DNA from: a virus
Strand: one strand, 5' to 3'
Virus record (IMG/VR): IMGVR_UViG_3300037483_001116
Location: 32,001-96,000 of that record
Length of the DNA: 64,000 nt
Positions within the stretch are counted from its first letter, which is position 1. Each line of letters begins with the position of its first letter. The translations under genes and the position numbers were made by a program. Below, in pieces: positions 8,319-17,659 of this stretch. A model generated the notes under the pieces. It saw only the letters and a list, made by a program, of their open reading frames with translations. It did no database searches and had not been told where the DNA came from.

Positions 8319-10553
8319 ATGGGTTTGTCACTGCAGGACCGCGTCGCGCAGCTCCCCGTCGAGGAACGGAACGCGTGGCTTGCCGAGCTGCCCGATTACC
8401 TGATCCGCGAAATGGAGAGGGGCGAATGGTGGTGGGTTAGTCGGCCAGAACAGGTGCCACCAGAAGGCGGATGGTTTATCTGTCTTGCATTAGCGGGGCG
8501 CGGATTTGGCAAGTCTAGGTCGGGTTCAGAATGGATCGTAAACCAAGCCCTAAAGCACCCATATGATAGCCAAGGCGTCCCTACTGAATGGCTAGTAATT
8601 GCGGAAACCCTATCAGACGCACGCACCATTTGCATGGAGGGGCCTGCGGGCATCATTCGGGTACTGGAGCGTCGGGAGATCAGGCACAGGTACAAACAGA
8701 GTCCTCGCCCCATGATCCTTTTCCCCAACGGATCGAAGATCTACACTGAAGGTGCCGATGATCCAGATGTGGCCCGCGGATATTCGTCGTCCGGGGCATG
8801 GCTGGATGAGATCTGTGTCGCCGAGGATGAGCCCATCGTTACGACCCGGGGCTCCATCCCGGTACAAGACGTGCTCACGGGAGACAGAGTACTAACTAGA
8901 GGTGGCTGGCGCCGAGTCACACGTGCTGGGCTCACCCAACATGATGCTGAGCTTCTGGAGATATCGACTGCTTTTGGCGGCGTTAGGGTCACCCCGGAAC
9001 ACCGGGTGTGGTGTAACGGGCGCTGGACACAGGCCAAGGATGTACGTCCAGGTAGTGTGCTGACATGCCTGACGTCAGTCGACCCACGCTCCCAGATCCC
9101 AAGCCAAGCGACGCGCCAGCCCTCTTCGAGTGGGATGGCGAGATCTGGTACTACAACAGAGCATGGGGCTACCACAACAACAGTGCTGGATACCCGCTCC
9201 ACAGAGCTGTATGGGCACGAGCGTATGGACCAATTCCGCCAGGGTTCGAGATCAATCACAAGAACCGAATCCCCTGGGACAATAGACTCGAAAATCTTGA
9301 AATCCTTACAGCGGCTGCCCATCGCCGCCTTACCTGGGAACAACGTAGAGCCCAGCCCGGGACCCGGGTTATCCGCGAACGTGGTTGGCGAACACTTACT
9401 TGCCCAGAATGCGGTGACGAATTTAAAACCACCCATTGGAAAAAGATCTTCTGCAATCGTCACTGCAATAATGCCGCAAACAAGGAAACCAAGCGGCGCA
9501 ATCGTGCTCAACGTGCAGCCGGTGAGCAAATCCAACGTCTATGACGTAACCGTAGAGGGAGACTGGCCCGAGTTCTTTGCCGGCTCGGGCCAGATCCTCG
9601 TGCATAACTGCAAGTGGAAGTACCCAAAGCTTTCGTGGGAAAGCGGGATTATGCCCTCCCTACGAGCTGACCTTATTGGGGACCATCCTCGCGCCTTTGT
9701 TACAACTACGCCTAAGCCGATCAATATTTTGGAAGAGTGGGTTAGGCGCAACGACGGTACCGTCCACGTAATTCGAGGTTCTACGTTTGACAATGCCTCG
9801 AACCTGTCGGCCCTCGTCATTACCGAATTGCGTAAAAGATACGACGGGACCGCAGTAGGTCGCCAGGAACTGTATGGCGAAATGATCGAAGGCTTCGAGG
9901 GGGCCCTCTTCACTCGCCTTGACATCGAAAATAACCGCCTCGATACCGTTCCGGATAACCTCATTGCCACCGTCGTCGGTGTCGACCCTTCCCTCACCGG
10001 CGAGGACGATGAAATGGGTATTGTCGTTGTCGCCCGGGACCGCAACAATCACCTTCACGTCCTGGCCGACCGTTCCATCATGGGCGTTGGACGATCCGCG
10101 GCCCTGGAGGCCTGGCGCGTGGTGGCCGACTGGGGCGCCAACGAATTGATCTGCGAGGTCACCATCGGTAAACGGTGGATGCAGCAGGTGTTCCACGACG
10201 CTTACTACGAGCTGGTCAAGCAGGGCATGTTCCCGGAAAACACGAAGCCGCCCATCAAGGGCGTCGACAGCAAGATTGGCAAAAAGCTCCGCGCCGAACC
10301 TATTGGTATGCGCTGCGAACAGGGACGACTCCATCACGTCGGCTACTTCGAAAAACTGGAAGATCAGATGGTGACGTTCACGGGCTGGGGAAATGAGGAA
10401 TCCCCCGACCGGCTCGACGCTATGGTCCATGCGGCCAGATATCTCCTTGAAGGGGAAAAGAAGCAGGCCCGGATCTCGTCGCCGCAGGATGTCCTTTCTT
10501 CTACGTTGCAGTCGCTTTGGGCTGAGGTGGGCAGTTACCGGGCCGACTTCTAG
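8319..10553 (+). CDS. terL: terminase large subunit, intein-containing
   Basis: Walker A AGRGFGKS, Walker B WLDE, TTTPKP, VGVDPS nuclease, PDRLDA. Confidence 0.95.
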   Translation: MGLSLQDRVAQLPVEERNAWLAELPDYLIREMERGEWWWVSRPEQVPPEGGWFICLALAGRGFGKSRSGSEWIVNQALKHPYDSQGVPTEWLVIAETLSDARTICMEGPAGIIRVLERREIRHRYKQSPRPMILFPNGSKIYTEGADDPDVARGYSSSGAWLDEICVAEDEPIVTTRGSIPVQDVLTGDRVLTRGGWRRVTRAGLTQHDAELLEISTAFGGVRVTPEHRVWCNGRWTQAKDVRPGSVLTCLTSVDPRSQIPSQATRQPSSSGMARSGTTTEHGATTTTVLDTRSTELYGHERMDQFRQGSRSITRTESPGTIDSKILKSLQRLPIAALPGNNVEPSPGPGLSANVVGEHLLAQNAVTNLKPPIGKRSSAIVTAIMPQTRKPSGAIVLNVQPVSKSNVYDVTVEGDWPEFFAGSGQILVHNCKWKYPKLSWESGIMPSLRADLIGDHPRAFVTTTPKPINILEEWVRRNDGTVHVIRGSTFDNASNLSALVITELRKRYDGTAVGRQELYGEMIEGFEGALFTRLDIENNRLDTVPDNLIATVVGVDPSLTGEDDEMGIVVVARDRNNHLHVLADRSIMGVGRSAALEAWRVVADWGANELICEVTIGKRWMQQVFHDAYYELVKQGMFPENTKPPIKGVDSKIGKKLRAEPIGMRCEQGRLHHVGYFEKLEDQMVTFTGWGNEESPDRLDAMVHAARYLLEGEKKQARISSPQDVLSSTLQSLWAEVGSYRADF
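8814..9608 (+). mobile_element. intein (265 aa) in TerL
   Basis: CVAEDEPIVTTRG start, TPEH block B, VYDVTV...ILVHN/C end; inserted right after Walker B. Confidence 0.92.
9065..9544 (+). CDS. HNH homing endonuclease nested out-of-frame in the intein
   Basis: LHRAVWARAYGPIPPGFEINHKNRIPWDNRLENLE (HNH_3) plus CPECG...FCNRHC zinc motif. Confidence 0.8.
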   Translation: MPDVSRPTLPDPKPSDAPALFEWDGEIWYYNRAWGYHNNSAGYPLHRAVWARAYGPIPPGFEINHKNRIPWDNRLENLEILTAAAHRRLTWEQRRAQPGTRVIRERGWRTLTCPECGDEFKTTHWKKIFCNRHCNNAANKETKRRNRAQRAAGEQIQRL

Positions 10554-10714
10554 CGTTTGTCCGCATTCCGCCACGGGTATGAGATGATCGTCTAGGCCCA
10601 ACCACCGGGGAGTTCACCATGTGCCAATGTCGCTGCGCGTCGCCGCCAGGACCTGACGGCACCCTCAGCGCCTTCACCCTCATTTTGATCACTCTCACCC
10701 GTATGGAGGAAACA

Positions 10715-11008
10715 ATGGCTACTGTTCTTGAGAACCTTGCCGCCGTTCAGGCCAAGGCTGACGCCCAGGGCACTGCTCTGCAGGCTCTGGCCGCCGCGTT
10801 CGCGGACCTTGCCGCTGACGTCCGCGCTGCCCTGGTCGCAGCTGCTGACCCCAGCGTCGATGAGCAGGCCGCGTTAGACGCCCTCAACACCACCCTGGAC
10901 GCCACCGCGGCTGCTGCTGCGGAGGCTCTGGCCGCCGTGGCCGCCCTCGACGTTGAGGTCGGCGACGCGGACGGCTCCGAGACCCCGCCACCGGCGCCGG
11001 TGGTCTAG
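10715..11008 (+). CDS. Ala-rich hypothetical protein
   Basis: GGAGGA RBS, ATG 10715. Confidence 0.7.
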   Translation: MATVLENLAAVQAKADAQGTALQALAAAFADLAADVRAALVAAADPSVDEQAALDALNTTLDATAAAAAEALAAVAALDVEVGDADGSETPPPAPVV

Positions 11009-11017
11009 GCTCGTCCC

Positions 11018-11221
11018 ATGACGAGCTTGAACGAAACGTGGCGCAAGAGCACCAGGTCTGGTCCGTACACCGACAACTGCGTCGAGGTCCGGAAGGTCAA
11101 CGGAACGGTCGAGGTCCGTGACACGAAGTATCAGGCCGGCCCCGTCCCGGTCCTGTCGTTCAGTGAGCAGGAGTGGGTAGCTTTCACCGCCGGTGTCGTG
11201 GATGGCGAGTTCCAGTTCTAA
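11018..11221 (+). CDS. DUF397 family protein
   Basis: WRKSTRS...NCVEV...VRDTK...EWVAF. Confidence 0.9.
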   Translation: MTSLNETWRKSTRSGPYTDNCVEVRKVNGTVEVRDTKYQAGPVPVLSFSEQEWVAFTAGVVDGEFQF

Positions 11222-11233
11222 GCTAAAAACACG

Positions 11234-11270
11234 AAGACCCCCAGGCCTGATGGCTTGCTTGGGGGTCTTC
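11234..11270. terminator. bidirectional hairpin terminator
   Basis: AAGACCCCCA...TGGGGGTCTT between convergent genes. Confidence 0.65.
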
Positions 11271-11283
11271 TGCCTGGGGGGGG

Positions 11284-11676
11284 TTAGTCATCGACCCAGC
11301 GCGGCTGCCAGCCGATGGCCTCGCGCAGCTGGTCGATCTCACGGGTCGGCATGTTCTTCGGGCTGGGGCGAGGCCGGCCTCGACTGCGGAGACGCACTCC
11401 GGCCCGTCGGAGCATTCTTCCGATCGTCTTGTCGCATACGCCGTGCCGGTTGGCGATGGTGATCAATGTGTCGCCGGCCCGGTAGTCCCGGACGATGTCG
11501 TCTATCGGAAGTTCCTGGTAGCGGATCACTGGCCCGCGGCGGGCAATCCCGGCCCGAGCCAAGGTACGGCTTATCGTGTCCCTGTCAACCCCGTACCGCA
11601 GGGCCAGGGCCGGGGTGTTGATGCCGTTCCTATAGTCGTTGACAATGACGTCGATTGGGAGATTCTTTTTGGCCAC
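11284..11676 (-). CDS. tandem HTH DNA-binding protein
   Basis: two repeats DY..G.....IA.R.GV...TI.R.L.RAG. Confidence 0.75.
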   Translation of the reverse strand: MAKKNLPIDVIVNDYRNGINTPALALRYGVDRDTISRTLARAGIARRGPVIRYQELPIDDIVRDYRAGDTLITIANRHGVCDKTIGRMLRRAGVRLRSRGRPRPSPKNMPTREIDQLREAIGWQPRWVDD

Positions 11677-11686
11677 GAATCCTTCC

Positions 11687-12166
11687 CTATCTTTCGTCCT
11701 CGTAGCAGTAGGGGCAGCCACACCGGCGGGGTTGCTCGTAGCCGCACCACCTGGCCGCGTGGAACTGCGTGTATGGGCATTCTTCCGAGGTGCAGTGCTG
11801 CGCCATCTTGATCGGCGGCGATGGGACCCCCACCCATATGAGGCGTTCCATGTACCGCCTCTGGACTTCCGGGCTGGTGGCGATGAAGTCGTTGATCACC
11901 TGGCACAAGGTAAACAGTTCGGCCTCGTCCAACCTCCAGATGTCCCCCCTGGGCATGCGCCATACCTCAACGGCGCCGGTTGTGTCGCCAGGCTCGACGC
12001 TGAATCTTTGCGTCACTGACCTACTCCTCGTGAATGACTCGTGGCCGCCGTCGTCCCCCTGGAAACAGTTGACGTTGTGGTTGTTGTCCCTGTTTTCTCG
12101 GTAAAGGTCCAACGAGACGAGGGGGGTCAGGTGGTGGCCGCAGCTCAGCAGCACGATCAGCTTCAT
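11687..12166 (-). CDS. hypothetical Cys-rich protein
   Basis: GGAG RBS, MKLIVLLSCGHH. Confidence 0.55.
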   Translation of the reverse strand: MKLIVLLSCGHHLTPLVSLDLYRENRDNNHNVNCFQGDDGGHESFTRSRSVTQRFSVEPGDTTGAVEVWRMPRGDIWRLDEAELFTLCQVINDFIATSPEVQRRYMERLIWVGVPSPPIKMAQHCTSEECPYTQFHAARWCGYEQPRRCGCPYCYEDER

Positions 12167-12167
12167 G

Positions 12168-12632
12168 TCAGGCTCTCCAGTGGTGGGGCCTGTCGCAGAT
12201 GGTCGAGTGGAAGAGGCGTGGCCTGTCGCAGCCCCGGACAGCGCAGACGCTGCCCCTGTCCGCTGCTCCGATGTCCTGGCCAATTATCTCGGCCAGGGCG
12301 TCGGTTGCCTTCACGTCCGAACCGCGCCACGGACCAGTGTAGACAGCAGCGTCACCGTGCATGAGTGACGCCGAAACGCTGCCGCCGTGCCAGTTGTACT
12401 TGATGTACCACTTCGGCTCAGGCTCTGGCGCGGGGGCCGGCGGCGCCGGAACCCGGTCTTCGATCAGGACCTCCGTCGCGAGACTGAACTCGACGATGGA
12501 GCCATGGGGACGCGTCGGCATGTAGGCCGCCATCTGCTTGCAGCCCATGGTCACGTCGGCGACGTGGAATGAGATACCGCTGACGTAGAGCTGGTCGCCG
12601 GGCCTCAGATCCATGGCCTGTACGTACTGCAT
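12168..12632 (-). CDS. hypothetical protein
   Basis: RBS and ORF in a packed minus-strand run. Confidence 0.6.
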   Translation of the reverse strand: MQYVQAMDLRPGDQLYVSGISFHVADVTMGCKQMAAYMPTRPHGSIVEFSLATEVLIEDRVPAPPAPAPEPEPKWYIKYNWHGGSVSASLMHGDAAVYTGPWRGSDVKATDALAEIIGQDIGAADRGSVCAVRGCDRPRLFHSTICDRPHHWRA

Positions 12633-12668
12633 TTCCTTGCTCCTCTGCTTGGGGGTTACCGATGGGGT

Positions 12669-12914
12669 CTAGTAGTGGAAGGCTCGGGTTTCTGCCATTT
12701 GCTGGTCCCGGTCGAGGCGCAGGTTGTACACCTCCATGATTCGCTGCATGTTCTTGCCGTCGTACCCGGCGGCCACGGTGCGGGCGTCCCGGTCCGCGGG
12801 GACGTACACCGGGTAGTCCTCGTGGTCGTAGGTGTCGACCACCACGATCATGTGCGTGGCGCCCTTTTTGACACCGCGGTCGAACCAGGCGACAAGATCC
12901 TGCTTCGTGGTCAT
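12669..12914 (-). CDS. conserved phage hypothetical protein
   Basis: GATHMIVVVDTYDHEDYPVYV motif. Confidence 0.7.
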   Translation of the reverse strand: MTTKQDLVAWFDRGVKKGATHMIVVVDTYDHEDYPVYVPADRDARTVAAGYDGKNMQRIMEVYNLRLDRDQQMAETRAFHY

Positions 12915-12961
12915 GGCTCCCGCTTCTCCGGTCTCTGGTGTTCGTCTACTTGATGTATACA

Positions 12962-12991
12962 AATATACATACCCCCAGGAGGGGGTGTCAA
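12962..12991 (-). promoter_or_regulatory. sigma70-type promoter, near-copy of 17600-17629
   Basis: TTGACA-18 nt-TATATT followed by GTATACATCAAGT. Confidence 0.65.
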
Positions 12992-13236
12992 GCCCCTTCG
13001 TCCTGCAACTTGGGCCGGCGCCCCCGGCCCGGCCGCAGATCCGCCCACTGTTCGATTTCCTTCCGGCGGCTCGGCAGCCACACCGGCGACCGGCCGAAAA
13101 TCTGGTCCGGTATCGGAAATGGATGGTGCCCGTACCGCCGACCATGCCTGGAGTCAGAGCGGTACTGGATGATGGTCTGCCGGTCGACGTCCAGGATGTC
13201 GGCCACCGCGGCCAGGTCCAGAAACTCTGGCTTCAT
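12988..13236 (-). CDS. AlpA/excisionase-like HTH protein
   Basis: LDLAAVADILDV..TI..Y...FPIPD..GRSPVW. Confidence 0.7.
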   Translation of the reverse strand: MKPEFLDLAAVADILDVDRQTIIQYRSDSRHGRRYGHHPFPIPDQIFGRSPVWLPSRRKEIEQWADLRPGRGRRPKLQDEGA

Positions 13237-13466
13237 GGCGTGGGTGCTTTATCGAGAGTCCGTTCCAGCACCCACACCGCGTCCCCTCCGCCGAAGCTGG
13301 CGTAATACAGCCAGTTGCTGATCTGCCGTTCCTCGACGGCCTCCGGGTCCCGGGCGTATGCCTGCACGAGGCTACGCGCGTAGGCGACGGCGGCCTCGGG
13401 GGTGCTGAAGACGTAGGCCTCAGCGTCTGAGTGTCGTTCTTTGGTCATGACGACGTAGAGCCTCAC
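13233..13466 (-). CDS. hypothetical protein
   Basis: RBS GAAAGGA, overlapping stop/start. Confidence 0.6.
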   Translation of the reverse strand: MRLYVVMTKERHSDAEAYVFSTPEAAVAYARSLVQAYARDPEAVEERQISNWLYYASFGGGDAVWVLERTLDKAPTP

Positions 13467-13581
13467 TGGCCGATCCTTTCTATGACGCGGACTTGTGGAG
13501 AAGGTCAGGACTGGGGCGACAGAAGTAAGGATCGCTCTCGTAGGTGCATAGCCACCGCGGTCAGGTTCAGGAACTTCGGCT

Positions 13582-13914
13582 TCACTGCGCCGGCTCCATC
13601 ATGTGACGCTTGCTCTCGACTGGACTCTGGGGACAATAGGTGACGTTGTCGAAGGTGAGTGCCCACCGGCCATCAGCGTTGCAGTACATCTCATCCCTAC
13701 ACCACCGGCACCGAACCACCCGCGTGCCTTCCGGGTTTTCCTTCATGGCCGCCAGGAACGCGGTCAACAACGGCAGCTGCCGCTCGTTGAAGCTGACGCT
13801 GTGTCCCTCGTCATCTTCCGCCAGGTAGAAGGTGGAACGGCCTTCGGTCCGGGTGGCTTCGACCTGACAGCCGCCCACATTGAGGATCCACCTGGTCTCA
13901 GTTACTTCGCTCAT
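13582..13914 (-). CDS. hypothetical protein
   Basis: RBS GAAAGGA, MSEVTETRW. Confidence 0.6.
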   Translation of the reverse strand: MSEVTETRWILNVGGCQVEATRTEGRSTFYLAEDDEGHSVSFNERQLPLLTAFLAAMKENPEGTRVVRCRWCRDEMYCNADGRWALTFDNVTYCPQSPVESKRHMMEPAQ

Positions 13915-13927
13915 GACCAATTCCTTT

Positions 13928-14422
13928 CTATGACACGTGCTTGTGGAGAAGGTCTGGACTGTGGCGACAGAAGTAAGGATCGTTCTCGTAGATGCACAAC
14001 CAACGCGCATCCACGCCTTCCCGCTCGGGCGTGACCCGCTCCCCACAGAACCTGCACTGGGCGTCACGTCGCGTATTCCAGGTGCCGTGGTGGCAGTCGT
14101 GGTCGTCGCACCGGTTGCCGGTGTTGTCGGTGTCCCGCAGCTCCGCCCCGATCCATATGGCCCGGCATTCGCACCGGACGCAGTTGACAAAGTCACTGCC
14201 CTGTGGCGCCTTGTCGAAGGCCTTGAGGAAGGCCCGCAGGATGGGCAGGTGACTTTCCAGAATGACCAAGGCCCCGTCGTCGCCGATGACGTAACGCATC
14301 GGGCCGTTGGGTATGGTCGTTTCCCGCTGCCGCGCCCGCATGGTCCGGTGCCCGATGGCATGGCCCAACTCCGGATCGCCGCTGTCGTCCAGCGGGAAAA
14401 GCCATTCCATCACTGTCGTCAC
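13928..14422 (-). CDS. hypothetical Cys-rich protein
   Basis: GTGA overlap, several CxxC. Confidence 0.6.
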   Translation of the reverse strand: MTTVMEWLFPLDDSGDPELGHAIGHRTMRARQRETTIPNGPMRYVIGDDGALVILESHLPILRAFLKAFDKAPQGSDFVNCVRCECRAIWIGAELRDTDNTGNRCDDHDCHHGTWNTRRDAQCRFCGERVTPEREGVDARWLCIYENDPYFCRHSPDLLHKHVS

Positions 14423-14751
14423 GGCCGAGTGTCCTCACGCGAATCGTCGCCGGCCGACTTCTGGCCCGCGTGGACCGCCCGTCCCAGCCAGCCGGCGGCG
14501 AACGGTACCCAGAAGAGGGCGGCCCAGCGCCAGTCCCCTGAACCGAAAGCCATCAGCGTCCAGGAGACGCCGTTACTGAAGATCAGGCCCGTTACGACAA
14601 GGCCTGCTCGACGGACAGGGGTTCGGCGCCGGACCGCAGCCTCCCGGGCCACTCGCTGAAGCTCAGGATCTGCGTTGGCCTGGATGACGATGCTGCACAG
14701 GGCAACCAGGACCGCTGAAACGGTCAACGCCCATAGGGCGAAATTCTCCAT
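14419..14751 (-). CDS. membrane protein
   Basis: three hydrophobic segments. Confidence 0.6.
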   Translation of the reverse strand: MENFALWALTVSAVLVALCSIVIQANADPELQRVAREAAVRRRTPVRRAGLVVTGLIFSNGVSWTLMAFGSGDWRWAALFWVPFAAGWLGRAVHAGQKSAGDDSREDTRP

Positions 14752-14761
14752 GACTTGTCCC

Positions 14762-15106
14762 CTAATCCTTGTAGTAGGTGGGCTTGTAGGCCACGATCCG
14801 ACACGTGCGCTTAGCGCATTCAGCCATTACAATCCAGCCGTCCCCTGGCACCTCGATGCCGATTTCCGTCGACCTTCCCCGCAGCTTTCCGTCGACATAC
14901 AGGGTGTGGTTGTCGGCCGCGAGGTGCACATAGTGGAACTGGAACTTGTCGCCGGTGACGCCGTAGCTGGAAACGTGGGCATACTTCGACCTCAGGCCGA
15001 CACTCCAAGCCTTCGCGTACTCCGCGTCCAGGACCCGGTCGATGACGTCCACGTCAATCTCGCCGGCCAGGACCTGCACCAAAGGATCATTGATGATCGC
15101 AGCCAC
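14762..15106 (-). CDS. hypothetical protein
   Basis: packed ORF. Confidence 0.6.
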   Translation of the reverse strand: MAAIINDPLVQVLAGEIDVDVIDRVLDAEYAKAWSVGLRSKYAHVSSYGVTGDKFQFHYVHLAADNHTLYVDGKLRGRSTEIGIEVPGDGWIVMAECAKRTCRIVAYKPTYYKD

Positions 15107-15345
15107 TACTCCCCCCTCTCTGCATGCAATTCCGCACGCAATTCCGCACGGATTGCTTCGCGAAGCGACCAGAGTTGTGCGTTTTGCAACGACTCATCTC
15201 CGTCGCACGCGCCGTACCACTCGTACGCCTTGCCGACCTGCTCCCAGACGTCGAGCCCAGTTGCCCAGCCATCGGCCTCCAACGTCTCGTCGGTGTGTGG
15301 GTGCTCGGGGTCGTACTCCACAGGAGTAACAGGTGCACCTCTCAC
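15106..15345 (-). CDS. hypothetical protein
   Basis: packed ORF. Confidence 0.55.
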   Translation of the reverse strand: MRGAPVTPVEYDPEHPHTDETLEADGWATGLDVWEQVGKAYEWYGACDGDESLQNAQLWSLREAIRAELRAELHAERGE

Positions 15346-15722
15346 GACGTCTCCCCCTCTCCGAAATCCGCTCGCGACAAGCCGTACGGCAGCAGCAACA
15401 TCACCAACAGCTCCACGTCGATGCTGTCACCGAGGCGGGCGATGATACGACGCTTCGCGTTGATGTCCGCCAAATGCCACCACTCGTCATAGGTGGCGTG
15501 ACTGAACTCGTGCTCCCGCACCAACTCCGGCCAACTCCCCCGCGGCCACTCGTCAGGATCCAGTGTCCACTGAAGTGGACAGTCCCCCGTGCCGCTTGGG
15601 CCTACGCAGTTAGGCACCAGCCTGGTCCGCGAATCCCCGCTGTAGCCCACGGTCTTGGGCCACCAGTACTTCTCGGCCTCGTCGAGATGTTTGGCCAAGG
15701 TCTCCAGAAGCTCGTCACGCAT
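15342..15722 (-). CDS. hypothetical protein
   Basis: packed ORF. Confidence 0.6.
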   Translation of the reverse strand: MRDELLETLAKHLDEAEKYWWPKTVGYSGDSRTRLVPNCVGPSGTGDCPLQWTLDPDEWPRGSWPELVREHEFSHATYDEWWHLADINAKRRIIARLGDSIDVELLVMLLLPYGLSRADFGEGETS

Positions 15723-16047
15723 GGCGCTCCATCGCCTCCTTCATCACGGCGTCAATCTTCGCCTTAAAAACGTCGAAGGCCGCCTGCTCCTCCGCGTCCA
15801 GCACGGCCAACAGGGCCCGGACTGCGGCCAGGTCCGAAGGGAACAGCACCAACGTCCGCCCCGTGGACTGGATTTGATAGGTCATGAGATTGTGGTTGCG
15901 ATCCACCACCTGGTATGCGATAGCTCCCACTTCTTCTAGGGGGAACTTCCTGCGCCGGGCGCTTTGTGGAGGCGAATCGATGCAACCGTTGCAGCCGTCG
16001 GCCCCGGTACTACAGTCGCGGCGGCGGTGCTCGTTGAAGCGGCCCAT
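15715..16047 (-). CDS. hypothetical protein
   Basis: ATG overlapping upstream TAA. Confidence 0.55.
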   Translation of the reverse strand: MGRFNEHRRRDCSTGADGCNGCIDSPPQSARRRKFPLEEVGAIAYQVVDRNHNLMTYQIQSTGRTLVLFPSDLAAVRALLAVLDAEEQAAFDVFKAKIDAVMKEAMERHA

Positions 16048-16364
16048 TACCATCCCCTCGTCTCGAACAAAGCGACCCGCTCCTGCACCGCAGCCTGGCT
16101 CGGGTACATGGCCTCGATGACAGCATCCGGGGTCGGCATGTAGCTGTGCATGAACAGCCTCTCGACCTGCCGCCGGGCAATCTCCAGCTCGGCAGCGGAG
16201 CGGTAGTAGTCGCGCTGGAAGCCGGCCATGAGGCCGTTGACGATGTGGTCGGTCTCCTGGCGGCTGTGCTGCATCATGAGGGTAACCATCAGGGCCAGGG
16301 CTTCGCCGCCCGTGGGGGCCAGTTCTTCCGCGGTGGGCTGGTCGTTGAGGCTGGGCTGCGTCAT
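16047..16364 (-). CDS. hypothetical protein
   Basis: AAGGAG RBS. Confidence 0.6.
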   Translation of the reverse strand: MTQPSLNDQPTAEELAPTGGEALALMVTLMMQHSRQETDHIVNGLMAGFQRDYYRSAAELEIARRQVERLFMHSYMPTPDAVIEAMYPSQAAVQERVALFETRGW

Positions 16365-16400
16365 TGTCTTGCTCCTTTGTCGCGAAGGGGATGAGAGGGA

Positions 16401-17555
16401 TTAGGCCTGGACCTTGGCCCGGGTGACCAGCGTCTGCTTGACGTCCCGGAACGTGTCCAGTTCCTTGATGGTGGCCTTGAGGGTGTACGTCTCGCCGACC
16501 TGGTCGCCGAGGACTTCGCGGCTGGCGAACCATTTGATGACGTTGCCGGCGGCGTCGAGCATCGAGTACAGGACCGTGGTGCCCCACTCGCCGCCAGGGA
16601 TGAAGGTGATGGCTTTGATGGTGGCGGTGAAGGTGAGTCGCTGGCCGACGTTGCCGAGCCAGTTGCTGACCTGCGCAGCCTCCGCCTCACGGATGAGGGT
16701 CTTCTGCTGCCACCGGGCCCATGCCTGCGGGGCGCTGGCGAGGAGGCCGATGTTGCCGAAGCTGACGCTGTCCGCACCGACGATGTTCTTCAGGTTCTGG
16801 ACGTAGTCCGAGGTGCCGGTGAAGTCGTCGCTGAGGACCCAGGCGATGCACGCAGCGGCCTGGTCTTTAGCTTCGGCGGCCAGAGTCTGGATACGGGCCA
16901 ATTCGATGCGACGGGCCAGGTCGGGGACCTTCGGTGGGAACAGCACCTCCAGGACATCACCCTTGGTGCTGTTGCTGCCCGACGCCGGCTTGTAGCCGTC
17001 CAGCTTGATCAGGGCCCAGGCAACAGCCATGGCGTATTCGGTGCCGACCCGGTCCGCGGCGCCGCCGTAGCTGCCGAACCCCAGCTCCTCGCCGAGGGCT
17101 TCGGTGTCGAGGAAGACGATCGACCCGGCCCAGCCGAGGAAGTCTTTGATGCACGTCGAACCGACCTGCAGCTGCTCGCCGGTCTCGACGTTGCGCACCA
17201 CGTACGTCTCCTTGCGGAAACGGTCGGTGCGGCAGTGGGCGCAGAAGCCTTCCTGCAGCTGGTCCCGGTCGACCGGGTCGGCGCCGGGGGCGCTGCGGAC
17301 GACGAGGCCGGCGGCCTCGTCCCAGGCGAGGGTGGCCTGGAAGGTCCAGCCGTTGTAGCTGGGGGCCTCGCCGCCCAGCTCCACGTCGAACCAGATTTCG
17401 GTCCGGTCGAAGCCGAACTCGTCCTGCGACTCGACGACAACCTGCTGGGCGTCGAGGGTGATGTGGCCGGTGAAGCCGCGCTTCTGCGCCCGCTGGTTGA
17501 TCTTCTGAACCTTGGCCTGCGTGGCCTGGAAGTTGGTCTCGTTGATGCGGAACAT
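16401..17555 (-). CDS. conserved phage protein with Zn motif and probable C-terminal OB-fold
   Basis: CAHC..R.RKETY...QVGSTCIKDF; strong GC3 bias; own promoter. Confidence 0.75.
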   Translation of the reverse strand: MFRINETNFQATQAKVQKINQRAQKRGFTGHITLDAQQVVVESQDEFGFDRTEIWFDVELGGEAPSYNGWTFQATLAWDEAAGLVVRSAPGADPVDRDQLQEGFCAHCRTDRFRKETYVVRNVETGEQLQVGSTCIKDFLGWAGSIVFLDTEALGEELGFGSYGGAADRVGTEYAMAVAWALIKLDGYKPASGSNSTKGDVLEVLFPPKVPDLARRIELARIQTLAAEAKDQAAACIAWVLSDDFTGTSDYVQNLKNIVGADSVSFGNIGLLASAPQAWARWQQKTLIREAEAAQVSNWLGNVGQRLTFTATIKAITFIPGGEWGTTVLYSMLDAAGNVIKWFASREVLGDQVGETYTLKATIKELDTFRDVKQTLVTRAKVQA

Positions 17556-17599
17556 GGTGCGCGCCTCCCTCGGAGAACTTCGTATACTTGATGTATACG

Positions 17600-17629
17600 A
17601 AGCTACACACCCCAGGGAGGGGGTGTCAA
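17600..17629 (-). promoter_or_regulatory. sigma70-type promoter
   Basis: TTGACA-18 nt-TAGCTT. Confidence 0.65.
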
Positions 17630-17659
17630 GTCTTCAGGAGAAAAAGTTAGAAGTCTTCT

